From contig JAHRHZ010000065.1 of NCBI GenBank assembly GCA_024137785.1, positions 14,547,724 to 14,611,723 of the forward strand: DNA of 64,000 nt. Direction: 5' to 3'. The notes below the pieces were generated by a model. The model was not told where the DNA came from. It saw only the letters and a list, made by a program, of their open reading frames with translations, and ran no database searches. Position 1 is the first letter of the stretch. The number at the start of each line of letters is the position of its first letter. Shown here in pieces: positions 39,535 through 51,571 of this stretch. The translations under genes and the position numbers were made by a program. Source of the stretch: Ginglymostoma cirratum (lineage: Eukaryota).

Positions 39535-40250
39535 AGGTACATGAAACAAATGGGTTAATGGCAGGATCCTTGGCAATGCGGAGGAACAGAGAGATCTTGG
39601 GGTCCACATCCATAGATCCCTCAAAGTTGCTACCCAAGTTGATAGGGCTGTTAAGAAGGCGTATGGTGTGTTGGCTTGCATTGGCAGGGGAACTGAGTTT
39701 AAGAGCCGTGAGGTTATGCTGCAGCTCTATAAAACCCTGGTTAGGCCACACTTGGAATATTGTGTTCAATTCTGATCACCTCATTATAGGAAGGATATGG
39801 AAGCTTTAGAGAGGGTGCAGAGGAGATTTACCAGGATGCTGCCTGGACTGGAAGGCAGGTCTTATGAGGAAAGGTTGAGGGAGCTAGGGCTTTTTTCATT
39901 GGAGAGAAGAAAGATGAGAGGTGACTTGATAGAGGTGTACAAGATGATGACAGGCATAGATAGAGCGGAATGCCAGAGACTTTTTCCCAGGGTGGAAAAG
40001 ACTATTACAAGGCGACAAAATTTTAAGGTGATTGGAGGAAGGTATAGGGGAGATGTCAGTGGTAGGTGGTGGGTGCGTGGAATGCGCTGCCGGCAGCGAT
40101 AGTGGAGTCAGATACATCAGGGACATTTAAGCGACTCTGGATAGGCAGATGGAGGATAGTAAAATGTAGGGTATGCAGGGTAGTTTGATCTTAGAGTAGG
40201 ATAATAGGTCGGCACAACATCATCAGTACAACTGCGCTGTTCTATGTTCA
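39535..40250 (+). mobile_element. CR1 LINE 3' fragment, relatively young
   Basis: ORF 39797 ALERVQRRFTRMLPGLEGRSYEERLRELGLFSLERRKMRGDLIEVYK is the classic CR1 ORF2 C-terminus. Confidence 0.92.
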
Positions 40251-40805
40251 AAATGGAGTAGCTGGGATTTTGAGACATGCTGGTATGTAAAAGTCAACAG
40301 AACTTCAAGCCAAATAGTATTTCATATCAATCCTGCTAAATCTGCAGTGTTAGTTGGTTGTGCATACAGGAGGAGGAAAAATATAATATTGAAATGTTCC
40401 AGATCATTAGCTGAGCACCAAAAAAAAAAAAACCCCGAACTAGCTTAAGCTGATAGAGCTTGATGTTACTTTCAGTATGTGGACTTGTTAGAAAAATTAA
40501 TAGGTTGCTGTATACATCAGACTTCTTTTAAAATGCTGTTTACACTTTTCTTTCCTCTAGTATTTTGCTCCTGTGCAAATGCTTTTTTTGCCGTTTTCAA
40601 CCTTGCTGGTGAATTGTACCACCCTGGCCCTTCACCTTCTTTCAACTTATGGGGTAAAAAAGCTAACATGATTTAGTTTATCAGTGATTGAGATGCATTT
40701 GTAAGTGGGCAAGAGCACAATTTTGCTTATTATATGTGCCTCATGTGCATCTGGAGAAAACTGTAACATGGCGGTTATCTTCTGTTAACATCTGTATATG
40801 CATAC

Positions 40806-41055
40806 CTCACTGTCACTTGCTGGGATTTGTACAGGTAACTCCTGTTGGTCTTTGGATTCTGCTGGTTCCTCCTGCTGTTGGTTGCTATTTTCATCAGAAG
40901 CTTGATTCAGCTCTGATTCCATTTCCCATTCTTTTCGTCTGGCTTTTCTCCGCCGCGTCTCTGCACCTACTGGGGACTCCATTGATCCTTGGTTATGTTT
41001 CTGTACTGGACAATTCTGGTTTCCCTTATGACACGCACAGTCAACTTTATATTTA
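40806..41055 (-). CDS. SETD5: SETD5 coding exon, 250 nt, post-SET: [19 protein letters not shown]...[13 protein letters not shown]...ASDSE
   Basis: catag|TAAATAT...AGTGAG|gtatgc. Post-SET CxC-x-C, overlapping ORF 40785..40982. Confidence 0.95.
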
Positions 41056-41734
41056 CTATGATGAAGTGAATAATATAAACTTAATTATATATTATATTAA
41101 CCCTTTCGGTTTTATTTTGATTATCACAAGTAGAAAATAAATGCAACCAATTTTCCCTAAATGCACATTATACAGATGCTCACAAACCTGTGAAATGCAT
41201 AGGAAAAGTAGGCAAATCCTAATTTCATGCAAGGTACAAAGTGCTATTCAAGGGGGATTACCTAATCCCAGAAAAGTTCAGAGTTCATATGATCAGATCT
41301 GAGGAAGTCTCAGAGTAAGAATATTCTAATAACTCAAGACAATCAGGTACTAACAAATAATAATCATTAACTATTTGACCCAAAACCTTCTTCTGGCTGT
41401 TGAAGCATCCCTACCAAGTTACTGAAACTATTCCTGATTTAGAAACTTAGCCCATTCCAAGATTTTTCTGGTCTGAGCCCCCTTGCCTCCACCGCCCTTC
41501 AACCTGGCATATCCTCCGTACTGCACAAGAAAGATTTTGCTAAGTGCTCCTTTTCGCCTCCTCTCTTCCTCTTTCCCCATCGTCTCCAGTCACTCCCCTG
41601 GTCTCAAACGTTAAACAACAGTTTGTACCCTACCTGAATCATGTACCACTAACTAGTTTTTCTAAAAACTGAATAGCATAAGCACCAAGCCTTTTCTGTA
41701 CAACACTGATTCTGATAAAGCTGATTTTACTTAC

Positions 41735-41844
41735 CAGCTGCTGTATTCATAGTCAAAGCCAATGGTCACCTCATTGTCCTTTGGGATGTTTGTGATGGCA
41801 TATATACAAAGGTGGATCATCCCATCAGCAATCATGTGCCGCAC
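41735..41844 (-). CDS. SETD5: SETD5 coding exon, 110 nt, SET end: [36 protein letters not shown]
   Basis: ccctag|GTGCGG...AGCTG|gtaagt. Contains the EVTIxFDY motif. Confidence 0.96.
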
Positions 41845-43650
41845 CTAGGGGACACAGTATTCATGTTCTTTTTCTCTTATGAACCTTAACTAGGTCAAAC
41901 CCAATTTATCCCATTTGCTGCCTTCACATTTTTGTACAGTTTTTCTCAGTTAGCTGAATATGTGCCAAGGGGTTACCAATGTAAGAATATAAATAGGGGC
42001 TATAATTCTTGCCAAAAACACTGATTAAACTTCAGTAACTATCATAAAAAAATTATGCAACCATGGGGGTGGTGGTTGAGGAGGGGTGATGGGGAAAATT
42101 GTCAGTGGTGTAATGTCAATGTTACTGAGCTCATAATCTGGAGCCTAATGCTCTGAGGATGCAGGTTCAAATCTGGTTTGCTAGTATCCCTTCAGGAAGA
42201 AAATCTGCCAACCTTAGGTGGTCTGACCTACATGCAACTCAGGACCCACAAAAATGTGTTTCACTCTTCAATTCCCTCAAAAATGGCCTGGCAAGTTATG
42301 AAGGTAAAGATAAAGTTGCCATAGTCCCAGAGGACCAAAGGGCTGCTCTGCTTTAAAGAGGTATATCTTTTTAACCTGAGGGCTACCACACCTCAGATGA
42401 GGTCAGGAAGGCGAGACCTTCATGATGATCTCAGTCAGAACAAGAATTGAACGCATCCTGTTGGCGTCACTCTGCATTAAAAACTAGTCACCCAGCTAAC
42501 TAAACTAACTGATTCCGTGGTGATCATGCTACTGGATGTTGGTATAAAAGTTAAACAACTTTAACAAAGACATTACATTACCAGGAATTTTATTTTAATT
42601 CCCATGTTTTCAAATACTGAATATGTTGTCACTGGAGGATTATAGTGCAATTTATGTTAAAAAGTGCTAAGTCAGTTAAATCTGGCTGTCAGATTTTTAG
42701 AAAAACAGAACAGTACACAATGAGACTTAGAGATTCCAGTGACCGTTAGCACCAAATACAGCAAATGATTCAGATGATTTTTGAGAGCTCAGAACAAGAT
42801 GTCTGTCTACAATAATGAAAGATGGGAGAATTGTTTTGAATGACGAGTCTGCTGAATGGAGGAGCAAGCGCAGGTCCTGCTCAAAACTATATGAACAAGA
42901 GCCAGGGTGCATTCAGTCAGCTAGTTAGCTTGATCTAGAAGAAAGCCTAACCTTAGGAAATGCAAGTTCATTCATCTGAAACCCTGATCTGATTTAATTC
43001 CAAGGGGCGATCAAAAAATTTTAAACAAGATTGTTCGATAAAAAGATAGTTTTGCTAATTTGCATTGTTTTTCTTCTGTTGAATTAATTAAACCAAGATG
43101 AGATTTGCTTTGCTTTTTTTCAGAACTGCCGTCTATAAAAGAAAGTAGATTAACAATTTGTTTATGGTGCCTTTTAACTACGGTATGTCTGTCTATCTGG
43201 AGAAAAATAAGTAGAGTGCTATGAGTCACAGGTGAAGCCACAATACCTGTTCTGATCATTCAGGGCTCTTTCAGTTACATCTCTGGGATACATCATTTTT
43301 AATATTCATTCATTGAACATGGGTGTCACTGGCATGGCCAGCATTTACTAGACATCCTTAATTGCTTGAGAAAATGCATGATCAGACAATGGGCATGTGA
43401 CAGGTGGTTAAACCTGAATTCACACAAAATCTGCAAGAAATAAAAGCTAGCCTAATTGTGATCATGTAAGCACTACTGATTGTCATTAAAACCTCTCCTG
43501 ATTCACTAATGTCATTTTGGTGAAGGAAATCTGCCATCTTTACCTGGTCTGGCGTATATGCAACTCCAGACTACAGTTGAGTCTTAACTGCCTTCTGGGC
43601 GATTATGGGTAGGTGCTAAGTGCTGGCCTAACCAGTAACATTCAGATCCC

Positions 43651-43835
43651 AAGACAACAAGGTGTAGAGCTGGATGAACACTGCAGGCCAAGCAGCATCA
43701 GAGGAGCAGGAAAGGGTCTAGACCGGAAACATCAACTTTCCTGCTCCTCTGATTCTGCTTGGTCTGCTGTGTTCATCCAATTCTACACCTTGTCGTCTCA
43801 GATTCTCCAGCGTCGGCAGTTCCTACTATCTCTAC
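43651..43835. mobile_element. Fold-back family A element, centre deleted, inserted in a SINE tail
   Basis: Inverted arms, ~36-nt right tail, 14-bp TSD AACAT(T/C)CAGATCCC (43637-43650, 43836-43849). Confidence 0.85.
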
Positions 43836-43916
43836 AACATCCAGATCCCGTTTTTTTTAAACAAATGGCAAGTGTCATGAATCCAATACCCTTGGACTGC
43901 TTAGAAATATGACCAG

Positions 43917-44052
43917 AGTGGCCCTCGTGGCTCAGGAGTAGTGTCCCTACCACTGGACCAGGCGGCCTGGATTCAAGTCACACCTGCTCCAGAGACACAT
44001 TTAATATCTCTGAACAGGTTGATTAGAAAATAGGTCAAAATTTTTTTGAAAA
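43917..44052 (+). mobile_element. Short tRNA-derived SINE
   Basis: A box gtggctcaggagtag, B box ggattcaagtcac, flanking direct repeat ttagaaat(a/g)tgac(c/t)ag. Confidence 0.55.
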
Positions 44053-44736
44053 TTAGAAATGTGACTAGTACTATCCAAGACTTAGACTCATACTTGTGAC
44101 AGTGTGAGAAGCTTTATCAGGTAACATCTGTTATAGGGTATCATATGGCTGTGTTGTTAAAGAGACAAACTTAACCACAGCATAAAATTTCCTGAGCCCA
44201 TTATTTGGGATTCTCCAGGAGACAAAAGTCTACTTGAAGTTTCAACAGTTTGGGGAGACAAAGAAATGGAGACTAAAACAGTGAGGGGTGAGGTAGAGGT
44301 GTTTTGTATCTGAGCAATGTAGTTTCTCCATTATCTCATATTTGGAGAAGATAAGACAAGACAGCACAACGTTTAGTTTAGGAAGCTCTTTGGAAAACTT
44401 TGTACCTCAACACAATTAAGTTAATTAATTTTACGTAAATACCAAAAGTTGCCTATTCAAAAGTCTAGATGTCTACAATTAACTGTCCAAATAAATGAAA
44501 AAACTCAAGGAAGAGTAACATGACATCATGGGCTGGGGGGAGTAACTAGTGGGTAGCTCTTGACACTTCCTCTGAATCAGATACGACAGTGTAGTGGAAT
44601 AGTGTAGGTCGGGCGTAACTTGCCAACAAATATACCTAAATATTACTAACAATGATCATTCTCCATGCTCATCCTAGCCAGTAAAGTGACAACAATCTAA
44701 CATCCATTTGCAGTAGTCAAACCAACAAACTTCTCA

Positions 44737-45522
44737 GATAACAAGCATGGGGCTGGATGAACACAGCAGGTCAAGCAGCATCACAGGAGCAGGAAAACTT
44801 GACGTTTCGGGCCTAAACCCTTCATCAGAAACGGTTCTGAGAACCCTCTTCCCCTCCCCCATTTCTGATGAAGGGTTTAGGCCCGAAACATCAAGTTTTC
44901 CCGCTCCTATGATGCTNNNNNNNNNNNNNNNNNNNNNNNNNNNNNNNNNNNNNNNNNNNNNNNNNNNNNNNNNNNNNNNNNNNNNNNNNNNNNNNNNNNN
45001 NNNNNNNNNNNNNNNNNNNNNNNNNNNNNNNNNNNNNNNNNNNNNNNNNNNNNNNNNNNNNNNNNNNNNNNNNNNNNNNNNNNNNNNNNNNNNNNNNNNN
45101 NNNNNNNNNNNNNNNNNNNNNNNNNNNNNNNNNNNNNNNNNNNNNNNNNNNNNNNNNNNNNNNNNNNNNNNNNNNNNNNNNNNNNNNNNNNNNNNNNNNN
45201 NNNNNNNNNNNNNNNNNNNNNNNNNNNNNNNNNNNNNNNNNNNNNNNNNNNNNNNNNNNNNNNNNNNNNNNNNNNNNNNNNNNNNNNNNNNNNNNNNNNN
45301 NNNNNNNNNNNNNNNNCAGGAAAACTTGACGTTTCGGGCCTAAACCCTTCATCAGAAACGGTTCTGAGAACCCTCTTCCCCTCCCCCATTTCTGATGAAG
45401 GGTTTAGGCCCGAAACATCAAGTTTTCCCGCTCCTATGATGCTGCTTGACCTGCTGTGTTCATCCAGCCCCATGCTTGTTATCTCAGATTCACCAGCATC
45501 TGCAGTACCTTTTATCTCTGAT
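44737..45522. mobile_element. Young fold-back family A element with a hammerhead core on each strand, spanning an apparently spurious N gap
   Basis: Minus core 44801-44828 CTGATGAAGGGTTTAGGCCCGAAACGTC; plus core 44865-44892 ending GAAACATC. 12-bp TSD ACAAACTTCTCA (44725-44736, 45523-45534). ~37-nt right tail. Confidence 0.88.
44917..45316. other. Assembly gap (400 N) with overlapping flanks
   Basis: 44790-44916 is identical to 45317-45443. Confidence 0.99.
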
Positions 45523-45924
45523 ACAAACTTCTCATTTTTGTTTTTCTTATTTTTAATAATGGATTTTTGCAAAATGCTGCTAGTTAATGAAGGGTGTAAT
45601 TTCTACAGATTACAAACTAAATGTAATCAAATGTTAACATCATGATCCAATTTAGATTTCTTATAGTTTGGACTTGTTTCGCACAAGGTTGATTATAGAC
45701 AGACTCATCTTTACAATAGAGCTGCTTCATAATTCAATATCTCAATCTATAACCTCACAAATATGTTCAGAAGCAACACATTAAAACAAAGCTTACATTT
45801 AAAAAAGTATTTTTATAGGAATAAAAACAACATTTTTACTCAGAAGCACAGCATTGTGGTTGGCATGGTTAATTTTTAATCATATTTTAAAAAATAATTT
45901 CAGCACACTTCGTGTTATAACCTA

Positions 45925-46158
<234 letters not shown>

Positions 46159-46572
46159 TTATTGGTGAGCTGAATTAATCAATACTGTTAGTATTTTCAA
46201 CCATAGGTTGAAAGGAATGGAGAATTCACACTGTTCGGCTTTTTTTTAAAATGAGGAGTGAAATGTAAAGTTAATGTTTATCAAAGCACTATGTCAAGTT
46301 TAGTTTACTTTCCATTACTTTAACTAAAAATCTGCCCTGACAACTCGCCATTCATAGCAATAGAGATGTCGTAATTAATTCACTATATAATGCAATTTAT
46401 CTTCTGTTCAGTTAGCTTTTCAAAGAGGGATAAAAAGATGCATTGTTAGATCTTAGAAATAAACTTGCGAATCAACTTCAATAGTTATGACAAAGTTCCA
46501 AATTGTCTCAATTTTGAGACAGTAAAACTCACAGAAGGTAGTATTGCATGTGAGTCTCTAATAATGTCTTAC

Positions 46573-46721
46573 CTTTTAAAGAAATGTCCATTAACTTCAA
46601 ACTGCTGCCTTAGCATCACCTTACCACGGTATTCGATAATAAGTATGCCTGGTGTTAGATCTCTGGCTGCTCGCAAAATTTTGCGATGACGTTGAACTCT
46701 CGTGACTTTACCAAGCTGTAG
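46573..46721 (-). CDS. SETD5: SETD5 coding exon, 149 nt, SET domain start: [49 protein letters not shown]
   Basis: gatag|CTACAG...AAAAG|gtaaga. Contains the SET motif IIEYRG. Confidence 0.96.
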
Positions 46722-47302
46722 CTATCAACAGTAGGAAAATAGTACAATAAAGTTACTATTTTGCTAATTATTTGGAAAATCCAACTGACTTGGTTGGCTT
46801 TCACAACATAAAGAATAATTCCGGTGAATGAAAGTAAAATAAACTAAATAATTGTTAATTTTCTAAAACAAAAATTGTAAGTGTAATATTATAAATTAAA
46901 CTGCATATCCTGAGGCACTATCTAGTAGATTCACTGTTGACTAAAGTTCAAGTTTATAGGAGTAGGCAGGAATATGGGGTAATTAGATCAACCACCATCT
47001 TAACGAATGGCAGGGCAGACTCAAAGGGCCGAGCGGCCTACTTCTGCTCCCAAATCGTGTTTTCGTATTCCCAAATCAGCAGAAGGTTGTTTAAGTCAGA
47101 TTTCTTCCTGCCCTATTTCTATAAGCTAGCAGCAAGAGCCAAATTTAGAGCTAATCTTTAACCAGTCTTACATTTATTTGCAAAATGAAGTAATACATGC
47201 ATAATCTTGAAACTCAACCACTTTCCTTATTTGCTCAATTGAAATCTGAGTTAATGCTCTCTACCAGCGTATAACTAGATTTGAAACACAATTAACACTT
47301 AC

Positions 47303-47542
47303 CTGCATCTGAGAGCCCAGAACTGTATTGTTACAGGCTAGTTCAGTTTTATTAATAGTATCCAGCACATTTTTTCCCACAGCATCCTTCATGGTTAATC
47401 GATACAATTCTAAAAGGTTCTGTACATCTGCACTGTACTGATTTGCAAAAGATTCCTCGTACTGATCTGTCCAGAGTCGGATCCTGTTCTCCCAACCCTC
47501 TGCTGTATTTTCATCCAACGCATGAGCTTCTGACAGTGAGTT
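47303..47542 (-). CDS. SETD5: SETD5 coding exon, 240 nt: [30 protein letters not shown]...[10 protein letters not shown]
   Basis: tttag|AAC...ATGCAG|gtaagt, overlapping ORF 47261..47518. Very close to mammalian SETD5. Confidence 0.96.
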
Positions 47543-48544
47543 CTAAATATAAAATTCGGCAAAATTGAACAAACTAAACATGTTTCGGTACTGAAAAGAT
47601 GACTGATGAGAGAAACGTAAATTCTTCAAATTCTCAGTGTTTTTACATTTAGTTTCGGAATATTACTTGACTTAAAAACTGTGAGTAGAACTGTAGTTTT
47701 AAATTCTCACCTCCCCCCTCCCCCATCTATTGCTGGCAATCCCTGGTGGCCACAACATGTGTCGAGTGTAAATTGTTTTACTTAGAACAGCTAAACCCTT
47801 GCAAAGTTGAGAAGTATTTTTGTCTGATATCAGTCATTCCATTTTGGATCTTGTCATACTAGGATGTGCTTTAATTTAGATAACCATGCCGAAGCTGCCA
47901 AAATTCAGAACCTGAGGTGAACATAACTAGGTAGCCAAACACATACAATGCAAGGAAGTAAAAGAACTGGAAATCAGACTTGTGATTCTCATAATCGGAT
48001 CTCACTCATTTAAGTAAATTGAACAAATAACTCAAGAAATTCGCAATTACTTGAAAAAAAACCAAACAGACAATGCTTATGTACTTTTGCAGCGTTGGCT
48101 CAAGAGCTGTGTTGGCAAAGCCCTAGCAGCACAGGATCTCTGAAGTCTCCGGATATAACATTATGTATATTTTTGATTGCAAAACTCTTGGAAAACCAAG
48201 ATAAAGGATGCCCTGATGTATTTAAGAGTTTCAAAAAGAGATAAAGACAATAAGTAATGATTAGACTCTAAGCTTTAGACTTTACAAGTCTGATGACTAT
48301 GAAATGAAACAAAGACTGAAGATTCCGAGCTTCATAATTGCGAAGCTGCGAGGAGACGGTGAGTGATAATTATTGATAGCATATAGGCTATTCAAAAACA
48401 AACTGGAGAAAGAATAATTACAGATATAGATAAAGAAACCTCCCAAAACAAAATAGAACTTCTTGAAAGATTTGGATGACTGCTTCATTTTAAATCACTG
48501 CTGGTCATGCAGAACTCAAGTTAAAAGACATTTTATTGGAACTA

Positions 48545-49545
48545 ATGATTTTGCACTCATCAGGAAATTTTGAAAGAATACAAATTCAAGGGGAAAACAA
48601 ACACGTTTACTGCATGAGAATAAAGTTCTGATTGGTTGGCAAGTGAACTCTGATTTATTGATGCAGTGCCGTGGAGAATGCACCCATTAATGCTGACTGA
48701 CAGCCAACAGCCAGACTTGGTTCAATTTTAAATCAAACAGATTGGCTCTGGTTGGTCAGGGCATTGCTCTGAGAAATAAACCAGCAAATCGCATTGAGCT
48801 GAAACAGATGTCGTGTTTGTGTTCTTTTTGGCTGCAAAGACCAGGGTCCTATGTGTTATTACATGGAGATTCCAGTGCACATAAGTGTGCCACACTGTAA
48901 GCCTGGCTAATAACAGTAACTTGGTTACCAGCCTAAAAGTTTGCACATTTAGGATTATCCAGCAAAGGTTGTTTAATTGCAAAATCACCTCTAATGATAG
49001 ATTTTGTGTTGCAAGGTTTTCAAGTGATGGTACAATCAGTATCTTGCTTGTTGCAAGCAGCCAAAGGGACACCTTGTTTGATACAACCTGCCAGTCTTTG
49101 GGTCATAAAACCTGTCTGCCTGGCATCACACTGGCAGTGAAATTCATATATCAATTGAAGACTGTCAGTTGGGCTCAAGCTGTTGGGTAATTACATGCAC
49201 TGGAAGCTATATATGTCAATACATAGGGCACCGTTCTTTGCAGTTAGAACATGCAAATCCATTGCCTCAATTCCAACACAACAAAATAGGTGACAGCCAT
49301 TTCTTGGTTCATTTCTCAGGCAATGTCTGATCAATTAGAGTAAACCTACTTGGTTTAAAATTTAACAACACTGGTTGTTGATTGCCATTCAGCATTAAAT
49401 GGTGCATTCCCCACAATCATGCCTCTACTAGAGTCCACTTGCCAATCTGCACTCTTCTCTCATGCTGTACAAATGTTTTTCTCTTGAATGTGTATTCATA
49501 CGAAATGTCCTGATGAGGTGCGAGATGCAACAACTTTGACATAAT
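48545..49545. mobile_element. Inverted Penelope-like retroelement relic with GIY-YIG endonuclease pseudogene fragment
   Basis: One minus frame, 49154 to ~48820, reads LIYEFHCQCDARQTGFMTQRLAGCIKQGVP...DFAIKQPLLDNPKC...ISQAYSVAHLCALES...LCSQKE with 3 stops. ~350-bp diverged inverted repeats each end near a CCTGATGAG core. Confidence 0.8.
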
Positions 49546-49845
49546 GTATTTTTTTTTCAGCAACACTTTAATTTACTTTTTTTAAAAAAAGCAAAAGGTT
49601 GTCATGAGCTATCAAGGCTTGGGGCACAGTGGACAAAAGAAAAATATTGCAATATGGGTATTTACAACTCAACCAGCAATTAATGAATTATGTCCAACAG
49701 CTTTAAGTGGGAAGTGGTCCAGCCCGATTAATGGTTCAAAACTCAATCTGAAAATTGTTGCATATATTTTTACTTAGCCAAAATCTGCCAATTTCAAAAG
49801 ACCAGAAGGAAATCTGACACTGCAAATCTACCATTCTATCCTTAC

Positions 49846-49884
49846 CTTCATCCTCATGGATCTTCTGGACCCTTCACGAAAGGC
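49846..49884 (-). CDS. SETD5: SETD5 39-nt frame-preserving exon (probable cassette): AFREGSRRSMRMK
   Basis: ctgcag|GCCTTT...ATGAAG|gtaagg, phase 0/0. Homologous to KMT2E AFREGSRKSSRVK at the same position. Confidence 0.88.
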
Positions 49885-51067
49885 CTGCAGATAATAAAAT
49901 CTTAAATGATTATTTTGCAATAATGTAAACAGCCTATTAACCCTGCCCAGCGGGGTGCAAGACCCCCAATCACGAACATTTTTCAAAATAAAAGAAAACC
50001 CCAACAAAACACATGAGTCAGAATCAACCAAGCACCGGCTTACATGAGTGATCATCCATTTAACGCCTCAACTCTTTAACTAACAGAGCTTTAGATGGAA
50101 ATATATAGATAGCTCTATTTATATACTCTATGTTCCCTAAGAGACAAATAACCACATTTTCAGCTTAGCAACTGCTGTTACGTAATTAACATGGTGGTGA
50201 ACAAAGCAAGTTCCCTACATGGTTTCTTAACTGGACTTAATATATTAAGTTCCATGTCAAAGTTTTGTTCCTGGTATAGTCTAGTGATACTTGTTTACTA
50301 GGAATAAATTATAGTACCTGGTACAGGAAATGGAACAATCACTTACTTCAATATCTCCAACCTGCAGTGAAAATCTGCTAATCCCTATCCCCTATCTCCA
50401 TCACGACCCTCACTGCACCCAGAGTCCATACAGTAGGGGCAACTTATTATGGCAAATTTAGAGTACTGTGGGTATTTCTCCTTACTGCACGGTAAAAGTT
50501 AAATGTACTGACTATGCATCTTAAATTCTTCTGCTAAATTAGATGCCCCAAATTTGATTTGGGAATGATTTGTTTTCAAATATTGCCATGTAGAGAAAAC
50601 CCCCTGCAAATATTGATACATTTCTAAGGACCTTGCTTCTACTTCCAAAAAAATCATTCACTATGGAAAGAAATGCTGTCGTTGCTGACTTGTTTTTTAT
50701 TAGATTAAAGTTATAGAAAAAATGACGTTAAGAGAGCAGAACACAGAATTGGGAGACTCACTAGGCTTAACTCCAGATGAACTAAACCTTGCAGACCTTG
50801 GAAAATCTGCTTCCCAACCTTTTAGGGCTGTACAAATGGAATCACAGAAGGAAGCCATTTAGTGTTATACATCCATGCTGAATGGCTGAAGGAGCAAATC
50901 AACTGGCAAAACTTTTTTTTACATGTTCCCTGGAGCCCTGCAGTCTTCCTGTTCAGATAATAATTCCTTCCTGAATACCTTGAAACTGCCTCCACCAGAT
51001 GTTCAGATAGTGTATTTCAGATCTTAATCACTTACATTTGGGGAAAAAAAATTGTTCATGTCACCGT

Positions 51068-51307
51068 GAGATAGTAAGAACTGCTGATGCTGGAATCAGA
51101 GATAACACAATGTGGAGCTGGAGGAACACAGCAGGCCAGGCAACATCAGAGGAGCAGGAAAGTTGACTTTTCGGGTCAGGACCCTTCTTCAAAAATTCTG
51201 GATTTCTTCAGAATTTCTGAAGAAGGGTCCCAACCCGAACTGTCAACTTTCCTGCTCCTCTGATGCTGCTTGGCCTGTTGTGTTCCTCCAATTCACACTG
51301 TTATCTC
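51068..51307. mobile_element. Fold-back family A element with two decayed hammerhead cores
   Basis: Plus core CTGAAGAAGGGTCCCAACCCGAACTGTC mirrored on the minus strand, ~31-nt left tail, imperfect TSD tgttca(t/g)gtc. Confidence 0.85.
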
Positions 51308-51571
51308 TGTTCAGGTCCCATTGTTGCTTTTGTTGATTACTTTAAATCTGAGCACTCTGGCTTGTGTCCTATTTATCAATGGGAAACATTTTCCCTATCT
51401 ACTCTGTCCAGACCCTCATAATTTGGGATCCCTCTATCAGGCCTCTTCTTAATTTTTCCCTCTCCAAAGGGAAACAATGACAAATTCTTCAATCTATTTT
51501 CATAGGTTCCTTATCCATGGAACCACTCATGAATCTTTTTGGCATTCTCCCTAATGCCTAGACATTGAGTC

